From Candidatus Multivoradales bacterium (lineage in GTDB: Bacteria; Acidobacteriota; Thermoanaerobaculia; Multivoradales; J023): DNA of 64,000 bases. The stretch spans positions 32,001 through 96,000 of the forward strand of contig CBDFLE010000004.1 of the NCBI GenBank assembly GCA_965248925.1, written 5' to 3'. The notes under the pieces are model-generated. The model saw only the letters and a list, made by a program, of their open reading frames with translations, was not told the DNA's origin and did not search any database. Shown here in pieces: positions 20,534-30,522 of the stretch. Each line of letters opens with the position of its first letter. Position 1 is the stretch's first letter. The translations under genes were made by a program, and so were the position numbers.

Positions 20534-21088
20534 CTACGTCCCGATGGACTTCCCTGCCTCCCAAGCCCGCTGGATGTCGAGGATGATGCGCTCGTGATGA
20601 CGGTGGTGGATGCTCAGGAAGCGCAACCAATCGAGGATCGTCAGCTGGCCGAAGAGGGGATGTGGGTGGGTCCCTGAGGAGCTTGCGATATCACTCAGCC
20701 GTTCTCCCAAAGCCCCTAAGCGACGGTGTTGATGCTCACTGAGAGCAGCGAGTTCAGCTTGCTCCAGCCCCTTCGGTCGCAACGCCTTTGGAGCTTGGCC
20801 ACGGCCGCGCGGAATGCGTCCGAGGGTCAAGAGAATGCGGCCGGCGACGGTGAAATGGCGGGGCTTCTGAGTCGCGGGATCATCGGCCAAGATCTTCTCC
20901 AAGCCGTCCAGGATGGCCGAGTCGGCCAACGCCAAGTGCTCCAGGTGGTGACCGATGCTCCACCGCGACACCCTCTCGCTGCGCGCTGCCACCACTTCCG
21001 GTCGACTTGCCAACTCACTGGCTCGGGCAAGGAACCGCAGGGCTTTTCGCCATCTCTGGCTGGTTTTGGCGGAAGGGTGGGTCGTCAA
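20534..21088 (-). CDS. DinB-family protein
   Basis: WSIGHHLEHL...HPLFGQLT...WLRFLSIHHRHH; TTG start overlaps the ampG stop. Confidence 0.8.
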   Translation of the reverse strand: MTTHPSAKTSQRWRKALRFLARASELASRPEVVAARSERVSRWSIGHHLEHLALADSAILDGLEKILADDPATQKPRHFTVAGRILLTLGRIPRGRGQAPKALRPKGLEQAELAALSEHQHRRLGALGERLSDIASSSGTHPHPLFGQLTILDWLRFLSIHHRHHERIILDIQRAWEAGKSIGT

Positions 21089-22365
21089 GGGTTGGGGTTC
21101 TCCGGGACGGGGTCGTTGCTGGTGCCAGCCTGCCACGGGGCGACTCGACTCAGCAATAGTAAGCCGGGGATGGCGATCAAGGTGCAACCGAGGAAGTAGA
21201 GCGGCCAGCCGAGGGCCGCTACCGCGTAGCCAGTACCGGCCGAGAACACAGATCGTGGCACCCCGACTATGCTGGTCAAGAGAGCATATTGGGTGGCGGT
21301 GAATTTCTTGTTGGTGCGGGCTCCGTTGAAGGCGATCAGGGCCGCCGCCCCGCAGCCGGTTCCGAGGTTCTCAAACGAAATCACCGCGGTCAGCAAAGGC
21401 AAGCTGGCGCCAACCTTGGCCAACACCACGAAGCCGGCGGTGGAGACCATCTGCACAAAGCCGAAGACCCAAAGAGCTTTGTTGATACCGATGCGCAGCA
21501 TCACCACGCCGCCGAGGAAAGCGCCTCCGATGGTCATCCAAAAGCCGAATAGCTTGGTGATGCTGCCAATCTGGGTCTTCGAGAAGCCAAGTTCGAGATA
21601 GAACAGTGTCGACATCGAGCTGGCCATCCAATCGCCCATCTTGTAAATCATGATGAACAACAGCAGCAATATCGCACCATCGCGCTTGAAGAATTCGACG
21701 AAAGGCTCTACCACCGCTTCCCTAAAGTTCTGCGGGGTGCCCTCAGTCACTTTCGGTTCGGGGGTGAAGAGAGTGGTGATCAGTCCCACCAGCAGCGAGC
21801 CCGCCATGATCGCGTAGACCGCCGAATAGGGCATGCGGTCCGCCAGGATCAAGCCGCCGCCGCTGGCCAGCAGCATGCCGAGGCGATAGCCGTAGATGTA
21901 GTAGGTCGAGCCAAGGCCGAGTTCGCTGTCCGACAGATCCTCCCGCCGGTAGGCATCGATCACCGTGTCTTGGCTGGCGCTGAAGAACGATACCAAGAGC
22001 GCCATCAAGCCAACGGCGCCGGGGTCGAGACCGGGGTTCGTCTGGCCGAGGCCGAATATCGCCGCCATCAACAGCACTTGGAAAATCAACATCCAACCGC
22101 GGCGTCGGCCGAGAAAGGGGGGCGCGAATCGATCGAGCAGTGGGGCCCACAGGAACTTTAGCGTGTAGGGCAGCTGGGCCAGCGCCAAGAGACCGATCTT
22201 GCCGATGTCGACCCCTTCGTCTCGCATCCACGCTTGCAGCAGGCCAATGGTTAGCAGCAGTGGCAAGCCGGAGGCGAAGCCCATCAAGAAGCTCACCAAC
22301 ATGCGCCGGTTGACGATCGCTCGCAGGGCGGCCAGGCGCCGTGGCGGTGTTGCTTGGCTGGTCAT
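21085..22365 (-). CDS. ampG: AmpG muropeptide MFS permease
   Basis: GFASGLPLLL, KFLWAPLLD, GRRRGW, SASQDTVIDAYR, ATQYALL. Confidence 0.92.
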   Translation of the reverse strand: MTSQATPPRRLAALRAIVNRRMLVSFLMGFASGLPLLLTIGLLQAWMRDEGVDIGKIGLLALAQLPYTLKFLWAPLLDRFAPPFLGRRRGWMLIFQVLLMAAIFGLGQTNPGLDPGAVGLMALLVSFFSASQDTVIDAYRREDLSDSELGLGSTYYIYGYRLGMLLASGGGLILADRMPYSAVYAIMAGSLLVGLITTLFTPEPKVTEGTPQNFREAVVEPFVEFFKRDGAILLLLFIMIYKMGDWMASSMSTLFYLELGFSKTQIGSITKLFGFWMTIGGAFLGGVVMLRIGINKALWVFGFVQMVSTAGFVVLAKVGASLPLLTAVISFENLGTGCGAAALIAFNGARTNKKFTATQYALLTSIVGVPRSVFSAGTGYAVAALGWPLYFLGCTLIAIPGLLLLSRVAPWQAGTSNDPVPENPNP

Positions 22366-22399
22366 GATTCGGTGTCTCTTGCGCGGTTGCGGAACCCTG

Positions 22400-22861
22400 C
22401 TATGGAGGCAGTTTTTCAGGGTCTGGCGGTGGCTGGGCTAGCCCGCTGTCCTGCGGCGTCGTCTCCACCGGCGTCGTCTCCACCGGCGTCGTCTTCACCG
22501 GCGTCGTCTTCACCGGTCGCAAGCCGGTCAGCCAGAGCAGCTTGCGCTCCTTGAAGCGGACCTCGAAGTCGATCTCGATCTCGGCACCGGGAGTCAGGCC
22601 CTTCAGTAGCGCCGGGTTCTCGATCACGAAGGGCATCGACATCGCTTGCATGCCAACGATCTGGCCGTCCGCGTCGGTGAACTCCGGGATCGCCTGGTGG
22701 CGAATCAGCACTTCCGGGAGGCTCGCTCCGGCCTCGGGCAGACCGCGCAAGACGCCACGCACAGTGTAGCTCGGCGGCGGCTCGCTGGGGGTGGGTTGAC
22801 CGCTACAGGCGGTGATCAGTATGAGGATCAACGGCCAGCAGGTCGAGAGGATGCGTTTCAT
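22400..22861 (-). CDS. CusF-like copper-binding lipoprotein
   Basis: Lipobox ITAC; IRHQAIP...MQAMSMPF motif. Confidence 0.75.
   Translation of the reverse strand: MKRILSTCWPLILILITACSGQPTPSEPPPSYTVRGVLRGLPEAGASLPEVLIRHQAIPEFTDADGQIVGMQAMSMPFVIENPALLKGLTPGAEIEIDFEVRFKERKLLWLTGLRPVKTTPVKTTPVETTPVETTPQDSGLAQPPPDPEKLPP
22454..22516. repeat. 15-bp tandem repeat x4 (CGGCGTCGTCTYCAC) encoding PV[K/E]TT
   Basis: Four consecutive units seen directly. Confidence 0.9.
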
Positions 22862-22993
22862 AGCGGTGGATGTTACCGTAGCTCGGGTTCGATGACGGAT
22901 TTCTCACCCTGGTGATGAGCCGTGTATCATGAAGATATTCTGCTTGCTCACCGCGGATCAACCCGCCCAGAAACTCTCAAGGAGGCATCCCGC

Positions 22994-23542
22994 ATGCATT
23001 CACCACAAGTTCTCTTTGCCCTTCTGCTTTTACTCATTGGGCTGCCATCGCTTTTGGTGGCGGAACCGCAGCTGGAAGCCGCTGCCGCTTTCGCGCAAAT
23101 CAAGTCTCTCGCCGGCAGCTGGCAGGAGGAGGTGGGTTCTGGCGAGGAAGAGAGCGGAACGATGACCAGCCATCACGATTTTGAAGTTTCGGCCAACGGC
23201 ACCATCGTCATCGAGAGGATGAATCCGGGTAGCGAGCACGAGATGATCAACGTCTACCATCTCGATGGTGAAGAGCTGGTCCTGACTCACTACTGCTCCA
23301 GCGGCAACCAGCCGACGATGAAATTAGACCGCAGTCGGAGTAACGCTAACGAGTTGGCGTTCGACTTCGCAGGCGGCACCAACCTGGACGATGCTGACCA
23401 CTTCATCGGTGGGGCGGTCCTCCGCTTGTTGGGCGAGAAGAGCCTCGAGAGCACCTGGATTGCCTACGATGGCGACAAGCAACCAGGTCCGCCGATGTCA
23501 ATCCAACTCACCCGCCTCGACGGCGAGGGAAATTCTATTTAG
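22994..23542 (+). CDS. Secreted hypothetical protein
   Basis: Signal peptide, AAGGAGG RBS, HEMINVYHLDG..LTHYCSSGNQP segment. Confidence 0.7.
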   Translation: MHSPQVLFALLLLLIGLPSLLVAEPQLEAAAAFAQIKSLAGSWQEEVGSGEEESGTMTSHHDFEVSANGTIVIERMNPGSEHEMINVYHLDGEELVLTHYCSSGNQPTMKLDRSRSNANELAFDFAGGTNLDDADHFIGGAVLRLLGEKSLESTWIAYDGDKQPGPPMSIQLTRLDGEGNSI

Positions 23543-23607
23543 ATCCGGTTCTTGGTGGAGATTCTCGGTCAGTGGGTAAAGCGCGCCGAGCAGGGTAGGC
23601 TCTGGCC

Positions 23608-24411
23608 ATGCCCCGCCTGTCCGAGATCCTCTTGCTCATCTCCCTCCTGACTGCTGCCGATGGCTACCTCATCGAGCAGCAACTCCAGGCCGCGCAGCGG
23701 CAGCCACTCGCTCAGGTGGCAGCCTCGTCGCGTCGCCTGTGGCTGGTTCTACATCAGCGCGAAGAGTGGCCCTGGGCCTTCTACGCGCGGCCTAATCTGC
23801 GCCTGGCCGCCGACCAGCAGCAGGCGGCAGGGCTCGGTTCACGAGCCGCAATGCAGGTTCCTCGGTTGTTGGTCTATGCGCCTTACTATGTCGAGCGCGG
23901 CCGCCTGAAGGTGTTGTCGAGCATGGCGGTGGATGTCGCCGATATCTATCTGGCCGCTCTGTTCGAAGCCTACTTGGATGAGCAATTGCGCTCTCGATCT
24001 CCCTATGGCGCCGAACTCTCGGCGCGGGCGGCTGAGATGCTAGACGACGTTCCCGCAGCGCAACGGCCGGCCGCTTTGGCGAGTGCCTTGGCGGACTTCG
24101 GCGCCCACCTGACCAAGATTGCTTTGCAGGTCGAGCAGTTGTCCGATAGGCGCAACTCGCCGCGCCAGCTCTGTCCGCTGGTGCGCCAGCGGGTGGCACT
24201 GTTCGGTGCTTGGGAGCGGAACTTCGGCGAAGGCGGTTTCCCGATTCAGTATCGTCCCGCGGGCGGCGGTGGGCGGGACTGGGAGACCAGCTCGGCGAGA
24301 CTATCGAGGAGCGACAAACAGCAGTTCATCGACGCCGTTCTGGAGGGACGTTGGAGAGGCGATTCGGTGCTGGATTTCAGCTGGTTGTGCGAGCCGCTGG
24401 GTGATCGCTGA
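23608..24411 (+). CDS. Hypothetical protein, probably exported
   Basis: 267-aa ORF with a hydrophobic N-terminus; no family recognised. Confidence 0.55.
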   Translation: MPRLSEILLLISLLTAADGYLIEQQLQAAQRQPLAQVAASSRRLWLVLHQREEWPWAFYARPNLRLAADQQQAAGLGSRAAMQVPRLLVYAPYYVERGRLKVLSSMAVDVADIYLAALFEAYLDEQLRSRSPYGAELSARAAEMLDDVPAAQRPAALASALADFGAHLTKIALQVEQLSDRRNSPRQLCPLVRQRVALFGAWERNFGEGGFPIQYRPAGGGGRDWETSSARLSRSDKQQFIDAVLEGRWRGDSVLDFSWLCEPLGDR

Positions 24412-24439
24412 ATTCGCGCTAACCATCGCTAGTTGCGGG

Positions 24440-24760
24440 TCTTAAGGGCCGTTGATAGCGACCGGCCTATATCAACTGTGGAAAAGTCGTCGCCGGTAGC
24501 CCTCGCCAGGCTTGGAGCCTCCTCTGAGAAATTTTACTAAGTCTTTTGTTTTTAAGACTTAACTATAGTTGCACAGATTGGTGTGCAAATCGCATCAGAT
24601 CCCGAGAAACTCAGTCTTTTTGGTCGTTTTAGGGTGAGTTTTCCACAGGGATTTCCACGTTTTCTGTTGAAAGTGCCTGAAACCGTTGTAAGAGAGACAC
24701 TTACACCTTTTGAGGTACATCCGCAGCCAGATAGAAGGGTCATAACGGCGACAAGTCGAG
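24440..24760. other. Candidate replication origin (oriC-like)
   Basis: DnaA-box matches TGTGGAAAA (24477), TTTTCCACA (24639), weaker ATTTCCACG (24651) and TGTTGAAAG (24665); AT-rich tract 24528-24570. Confidence 0.5.
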
Positions 24761-24850
24761 AGGTGGGCTTGGCGGTCGAAACTGGTGCTGGTTGGTCTAA
24801 AGTAGCGCAGCCGGTGCCCACTGCAGCGGCGCTTCGGTGGAGGTAGAAAA

Positions 24851-25864
24851 GTGGCTGTCGAGAGGTTCCTTATACACCTGGCTGCGGAACACGCTGGCCG
24901 GCGCTTGGATCAGGCGTTGGCGGCGGCCTTGCCCCAGGCCCTCGGGGCGGAGATCTCGCGACGGGCGGTGCGACGCTTGATCGCCGCCGGTGCGGTGCAT
25001 GTGAACCGCAAGCGGTTGCGGGTGGCCTCTCGTACCTTGGCGGCGGGAGCCAGCATAGAAGTCTATGTCGATCGCCAGCTGCTCGCCGGTGCCGTTCAGC
25101 AGCCAGAGCCGCCGGCTTTGCGGGTGCTGTGGGAGGATGCCCACCTGATCGCCGTCGACAAACCCGCCGGCTTGCCAGTGCAGGCGACCCGCAGTGACGC
25201 GGTGCATCATCTCGAAGCGCTGGTCCGGCGTCGGTTGGCGACGCAGGGCGGCGGCCCGCGGCCCTACTTGGCTTTGCACCAACGGCTCGACAGCGGCACC
25301 TCGGGGATCGTAGTGCTGGCCAAGAGTCGGGCGGCCAACGCTGGTCTGGCGCGAGTCTTTGCCAACCGTCAGGTCAGCAAGCTCTACCGCGCCGTGGTGG
25401 TAGAGGATGTCGAAGCAGAGTCCGAGAGTACTTGGACGGTCGAGTGCCGTCTCGACAAGGTGGTCGATCGCGATGGCCAGCGGCGCATCGCGGTGGTCGA
25501 GGAGGGTGGACGCCAGTCGCAGACTCACTTCGAGCGGTTCGGTTCGGCCGCGGGGCGGTGCTTTGTGGATGCCCGGCCGGTTACCGGTCGCACCCACCAA
25601 ATCCGCGTCCACCTGGCCGCCAGCGGTCTGCCGGTCTGGGGCGATTCGGTCTATGGCGTCGTTGCTGGCGCGTCACGGCTGATGCTGCATGCCTGGCAGC
25701 TAGAAGTCGAACATCCGCTGAGTGGTGAGCTGCTGAGTCTTGAGAGTGACTTACCGGCTGATTTCGCACCACCTGAGCGATCTGCCGCCTCCGCAGCCAC
25801 GGTGAAGGGTGGCTCAGTTGGTCTCGAACCGGACTCTGCCGACCCGCAGCTCGGTGGGGGTTAG
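24851..25864 (+). CDS. RluA/RluD-family pseudouridine synthase with S4 domain
   Basis: RLDQAL S4 domain, VDKPAGL, QRLDSGTSG, TGRTHQIRVH, LMLHA. Confidence 0.9.
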   Translation: MAVERFLIHLAAEHAGRRLDQALAAALPQALGAEISRRAVRRLIAAGAVHVNRKRLRVASRTLAAGASIEVYVDRQLLAGAVQQPEPPALRVLWEDAHLIAVDKPAGLPVQATRSDAVHHLEALVRRRLATQGGGPRPYLALHQRLDSGTSGIVVLAKSRAANAGLARVFANRQVSKLYRAVVVEDVEAESESTWTVECRLDKVVDRDGQRRIAVVEEGGRQSQTHFERFGSAAGRCFVDARPVTGRTHQIRVHLAASGLPVWGDSVYGVVAGASRLMLHAWQLEVEHPLSGELLSLESDLPADFAPPERSAASAATVKGGSVGLEPDSADPQLGGG

Positions 25865-26953
25865 AGGACTGTCGATATAGGCCAGGGAGCCGCTGGCGGC
25901 ATCGAGTAGCCAGACCCCTCGGGTGGTTCCGGAAACCAGCCGAGGAATCGCGGTCAGCTGCCGTGGTTCCTCGCTTGGCGCCAGTACTGCCGAGAGGTTG
26001 GCGGTCAGCGGCACCAAGCTGGGGGGGGCGTCGTCGCTGAGGCCGTCGAGTAGGCCCAAGGCGCCGCTCGGAGTGTGGATCAGCAGCACCGAGAGAGTCT
26101 TGCCGCCGCCTTGCAAAGGGATGGGTAAGAAGCGTTGGTCGGCGGTGTCGTTAAGCGACTCGGGGAACAGCCGGGTCAGCGCCAGTGGGCTGCGCCGAGC
26201 GGTCGGCCGGGCTGGCGCTGCTGGGTCGATATCGAGGAAGAACAGTCGTCCGCCAGCTTGGTCGACCAGCAAGAAGCCACGGGTGCCGCTAGCGCCTTCC
26301 AAACTGACCGCGGCGATCCGAGACATGGTGGGTAGATCCACCACCTGGGTCACCCCGGGTTCGGTCGACAAATTGTAGATGTCGGTGACCATCAAGCAAC
26401 CGCCGGTGGGGGCGTGGTAGAGGTAGATTGCCTCGGTACGGCCGTTGCGCGCCCTGCGGGGCAGTAGGGCGAAGGCCCCATCGACCGCCGCCAGGCGACT
26501 GAACGGCCGGCCAATGGTGGTGATCATCTGGCCGAGCTTCTGTTTGCGAGCAAAGGCGTCGAAGTAGGCTAGATAGCCGGTGCTGGTTTCCACTAGCACG
26601 GCGCTCCGCACTGAGCCATTGGCGCTGTGCAAGGGTAGCAACTGGACTTCGCCGGCTAGGGCAGGCTGATTCTCGGGTCGGCCCATGACCCCGAAGAGGT
26701 TCTCACTGAGCAGTTGCCGCCGAAGTTGCTGCGGGTTGCGGGTCAGGCGATCGACCAGGAAACCACGACCGTCGGTGCTGTCGAAGTAGATGAAAGTGTC
26801 GGTGGAGCCGCTGCTGTCGAGGCGCCAGGCGGCGATCAAAGACCGTAAAGACCGTTGTGTGGTCGGTTGGGCTGCGGCAGGGACCCAGCTGACTAACAGC
26901 AAAAGGGCTGACAAAAAGGGTAGGGCAAAGAGGTTTTTGTGCTGTGGCATCAA
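25814..26953 (-). CDS. Secreted hypothetical protein with repeated beta-rich modules
   Basis: Signal peptide ending AAA-Q; recurring [LV]D/ExxxGxLxx[LI]D units. Confidence 0.6.
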   Translation of the reverse strand: MMPQHKNLFALPFLSALLLLVSWVPAAAQPTTQRSLRSLIAAWRLDSSGSTDTFIYFDSTDGRGFLVDRLTRNPQQLRRQLLSENLFGVMGRPENQPALAGEVQLLPLHSANGSVRSAVLVETSTGYLAYFDAFARKQKLGQMITTIGRPFSRLAAVDGAFALLPRRARNGRTEAIYLYHAPTGGCLMVTDIYNLSTEPGVTQVVDLPTMSRIAAVSLEGASGTRGFLLVDQAGGRLFFLDIDPAAPARPTARRSPLALTRLFPESLNDTADQRFLPIPLQGGGKTLSVLLIHTPSGALGLLDGLSDDAPPSLVPLTANLSAVLAPSEEPRQLTAIPRLVSGTTRGVWLLDAASGSLAYIDSPLTPTELRVGRVRFETN

Positions 26954-27110
26954 TTTCGTAGCCTAGCTTGGGCACTGCGGCAGTTCAACCGAGAAGTTGG
27001 TTCTTCGACCTAGGCTCATCGCCAAGCGGCGTGGAATCTCCTATGATCAGGGGAATAGGGACACGGTGACCGAGGACGCGGTGGCTGGATCCTCCTGACG
27101 AGGGTAGAGA

Positions 27111-27809
27111 ATGAGTGACAACGAATCGAGTTATTACGAGATTGCCTTGACTAACCGCCAGGTGTTGGTGGCCTTTGTGGCGCTGCTGGTTTTGGTTTTG
27201 GCGGTTTTCTTGGGCGGTGTATGGCTGGGCCGTGGTCAGCAACGGCCGTTGGGTGAAGACCTTTTTGCTTCCGCGGACCTGGGTGATGACCAACTCGGTG
27301 AACTCGAAGAGCTAAGCTTCTTCGACTCGCCTGGCGATGTCGGCGCAGAGACCGAGGAGCTCGACAAGCCGGATCTCGGCAAGCTCGAGCCGCGCCCCGA
27401 CACCACCTTGGCGCAAGATGTCGACCGTCAACCGCGGCCCAGGCAGCAAGAGTCGCCGCCACCGGCTAGTGCCCAAGCGCCGCCCCCGCCCCGTCGCACC
27501 ACGCCGCCCCCGCCCCGGGCACAGCCCAAGCCGGTTCAGACTAAGCCGGCGCCGCCAACCGCTGCTGCTGCCGATCAGTTCGTGGTGCAGGTGTTCTCGA
27601 CCGGTGACGAGCCGCAAGCGCGCAAGATGCTCAAGCGGCTGACCGATTCTGGGTACCGCGCCTTCCTCTCACCGGTCAAAGTCAAGAATCAGACCATGTA
27701 CCGGGTGCGCCTCGGTCCCTTCGACCAACGTAGCGTGGCCGAGAAGAAGGGCAGTGAGGTCAATCGAAAATTCAAGATCGACACCTGGATCACCGCCGCC
27801 ACCAATTGA
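27111..27809 (+). CDS. SPOR-domain cell-division protein (DedD/FtsN-like)
   Basis: TM, Pro-rich linker, FVVQVFS...YRVRLGPF. Confidence 0.85.
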   Translation: MSDNESSYYEIALTNRQVLVAFVALLVLVLAVFLGGVWLGRGQQRPLGEDLFASADLGDDQLGELEELSFFDSPGDVGAETEELDKPDLGKLEPRPDTTLAQDVDRQPRPRQQESPPPASAQAPPPPRRTTPPPPRAQPKPVQTKPAPPTAAAADQFVVQVFSTGDEPQARKMLKRLTDSGYRAFLSPVKVKNQTMYRVRLGPFDQRSVAEKKGSEVNRKFKIDTWITAATN

Positions 27810-27846
27810 TCGCGGCGGCAGCATCAGAATTGGTTGGCGAGCAGCC

Positions 27847-29340
27847 ATGAGTGGAGCATTCGGTGGGCGCTGGCGTGTTCTGACGGCGGCGCTGCTAGCG
27901 ATTCTTGGCGGCCTGCTGTGGAGCCTGTGTTTTGGCCGCCAAGAAGTGCCGTGGTTGCCATGGGTGGGTCTGGCGCCTCTTTTCTTGCTGGCAGGCGGGC
28001 GGCGCCCCTTCTTGCTCGGCTGGCTTTACGGTACCGCTTTCTGGCTCGGCGCGGTGCCGTGGATCGTCCACACCTTGAAGACGTTTGGCGGCTTGTCAGC
28101 GCCGCTGGCGGTCGTCTTGCTATTCTTGATGGCACTGTACCTGGGGCTCTACTCGGCTCTTTTCGTGCGCCTGGCGGCGCCGGTTTGGCGCCGCGGTGGG
28201 GGTTGGGCCCTACTCGGCCTACCCGCCTTGTGGGTAGCAGTAGAGTGGCTTCGAGCCCATCTTTTCGGCGGTTTCCCCTGGAACTTGACGGCCTATGCCT
28301 GGGTCGAGGTCGGCGGCGCGCTGCCGCTTGCCGCCTGGGTGGGGGCCTATGGGGTGTCTTGGTTGGTGGCGTGGGTCGGAGTCGGGTTGGCGCTTGGCTG
28401 GCGCTATCGCTGCTGGCAGCTGGCGGTTCTTGCTGGGCTGGTGCCCCTAGTGTTGTTGTCGGTCGCCGGCCGCTGGAGCGGTCGGCTGGACGGAGAACCC
28501 AATCGCCCCGCTCTAGAAGTTCGCATCATCCAGCCCAACTCACCGCTGGGCAGCTCGGATCCGGCGGTCTATTGGCGGCAATATCGCCACTTGATCGAGC
28601 TCTCAGAACAAGCTTGCGATGCCAGCAAACCGCTGCTGCTGTGGCCCGAGAGCGCTGCTTGGCCCCATCGGCTGACCTTGTCGGCGGTTCTCCGAGATGA
28701 TCTCGAGCGGCTGGGCGAGCGGGGCTGTGGGGTGATTCTCAGCAGTGTTAGCCTGGGAGCTGGCGGCGAGCTTTACAACTCGGCTTTCTTGGTTGCCACC
28801 GATGGTTCGACAAGCCGCTACGATAAGCGCCAGCTGGTGCCTTTCGGTGAGTTCGTGCCCTTTGCCGAAGTGCTGCCTTTTGTCGACACCTTGGCTCGCG
28901 AGGCGGGCCACTTCACTGCAGGCCGCAACGCAGGCTTGTTGCCTTGGCGGGGTGAGCAGATCGCCATGGCGATCTGCTATGAGGTGATCTTCCCTCAGGC
29001 CGTGGCCGAACAAGTGCGGGCCGGCGCGACCCTGCTGGCGACCGTTACCAACGATGGCTGGTATGGGGACACCGCCGCTCCTTGGCAGCATTTCCGCGCC
29101 GCCCGTTTCCGCGCCGCGGAGACCCGCCGTCCAATGCTGCGGGCTGCCCTGACCGGCGTCTCTGGGTTGATCGATGCCCAAGGTGCGGTGCAGCAGTTGC
29201 TGCGGGTGGGGGAGGAAGGGGTGCTGGCGGCGCGGGTTTTCGGCGCCAGCGGGTTGACCCCCTACGTACGCTGGCCGTGGCTAGTACCCAGTTTGGCAGT
29301 CTTGCTTGGCCTCGTGTCCCTGGCAGCTGCTCGACGCTGA
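27847..29340 (+). CDS. lnt: Apolipoprotein N-acyltransferase
   Basis: GFPW, WPES, YDKRQLVPFGEF, ICYE, TNDGWYG. Confidence 0.93.
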   Translation: MSGAFGGRWRVLTAALLAILGGLLWSLCFGRQEVPWLPWVGLAPLFLLAGGRRPFLLGWLYGTAFWLGAVPWIVHTLKTFGGLSAPLAVVLLFLMALYLGLYSALFVRLAAPVWRRGGGWALLGLPALWVAVEWLRAHLFGGFPWNLTAYAWVEVGGALPLAAWVGAYGVSWLVAWVGVGLALGWRYRCWQLAVLAGLVPLVLLSVAGRWSGRLDGEPNRPALEVRIIQPNSPLGSSDPAVYWRQYRHLIELSEQACDASKPLLLWPESAAWPHRLTLSAVLRDDLERLGERGCGVILSSVSLGAGGELYNSAFLVATDGSTSRYDKRQLVPFGEFVPFAEVLPFVDTLAREAGHFTAGRNAGLLPWRGEQIAMAICYEVIFPQAVAEQVRAGATLLATVTNDGWYGDTAAPWQHFRAARFRAAETRRPMLRAALTGVSGLIDAQGAVQQLLRVGEEGVLAARVFGASGLTPYVRWPWLVPSLAVLLGLVSLAAARR

Positions 29341-29397
29341 TATATTCCACTCAAATTCGCGGGTCCGAGCCCGCCACCTTTGAGGAGGCTTTCGCAG

Positions 29398-30514
29398 ATG
29401 ATTCCCAACCAGCTCAGCGGGAAGATAGACCACCTGACCCAGCAGCTCAGCCAACTGCGGAGGTATCTTTGAACAGGGTGACCTGGAGGATCAGCTAGCC
29501 GAGATCGACGCCGAGATCGAGGCCCCTGGTTTCTGGGACCGTCCCGCCGAGAGTGCTCCGGTGCTGCAGAAGCGGCGCGGTTTGGAGAAGAAGCTTGAAA
29601 CCCGTCGGCAGTTGGCCGAGGATGCCGAAGAGTTGGCTACTTGGCGCGAGTTGTTGGCTGAGGGCGATGGGGTCGAAGAGGCCGCCGAATTCATCCGCCG
29701 GTTGATCAGCGATGTCGACCGTCTGGAACTCGAACTCAAGTTGTCCGGTCCCGACGACGCGCTCAGCGCCATCCTGGCGATCCACCCGGGGGCTGGCGGC
29801 ACCGAATCTCAGGATTGGGCCGAAATGCTTCTGCGCATGTACTTGCGCTATGGCGAACAGCATGGTTTTGCAATCGAGGTTCTCGACCGTCAGGCCGCCG
29901 CCGAGGCCGGTATCAAGAGCGCCACGATAGCCATCCGCGGCGAGAATGCATATGGCTACTTGCGTAGCGAGACCGGAGTGCATCGGCTGGTGCGGATTAG
30001 TCCCTACGATGCTGCAAGTCGCCGCCATACCTCCTTCGCTTCGGTCCACGCCTATCCCGAGATCGACGATACGGTCGAGATCGAAATCAACGACAAAGAT
30101 CTGCGCATCGACACCTACCGTTCCTCAGGCGCCGGCGGGCAGCATGTCAATGTCACCGATTCGGCGGTGCGGATCACCCATCTGCCGACCAACATCGTCG
30201 TCACCTGTCAGAACGAACGCAGCCAGCATAAGAACCGCGCCACGGCGATGAAGATCCTGCGTTCCCGGCTTTATGATCTGGAGATGAAAAAACGCGCCGA
30301 TGAGCAGGCGGAGCGCGAGGGCAAGAAGAAGGAAATCGCCTGGGGCAGCCAGATTCGCTCCTACGTTTTGCATCCCTACCGCATGGTCAAAGACCACCGC
30401 ACCAAGGTTGAAGTGGGAGATACCGATCGGGTGCTCGACGGTGATCTCGATCCTTTCATCGAGGCTTGGCTGCGCGAGGGTCTCGATGAGTCGGCCGAGG
30501 AGAACGGCGGCTAG
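29398..30514 (+). CDS. prfB: Peptide chain release factor 2, decoded via programmed +1 frameshift at 29467-29473
   Basis: 24-codon first ORF ends CGG AGG TAT CTT TGA; +1 frame contains GGTES, GVHRLVRISP, GGQ and QIRSYV. Confidence 0.95.
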
Positions 30515-30522
30515 GCCGGCCG

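Noticed and set aside
29398-29560. prfB as a pseudogene
   Set aside because: The internal stop is the known programmed frameshift cassette
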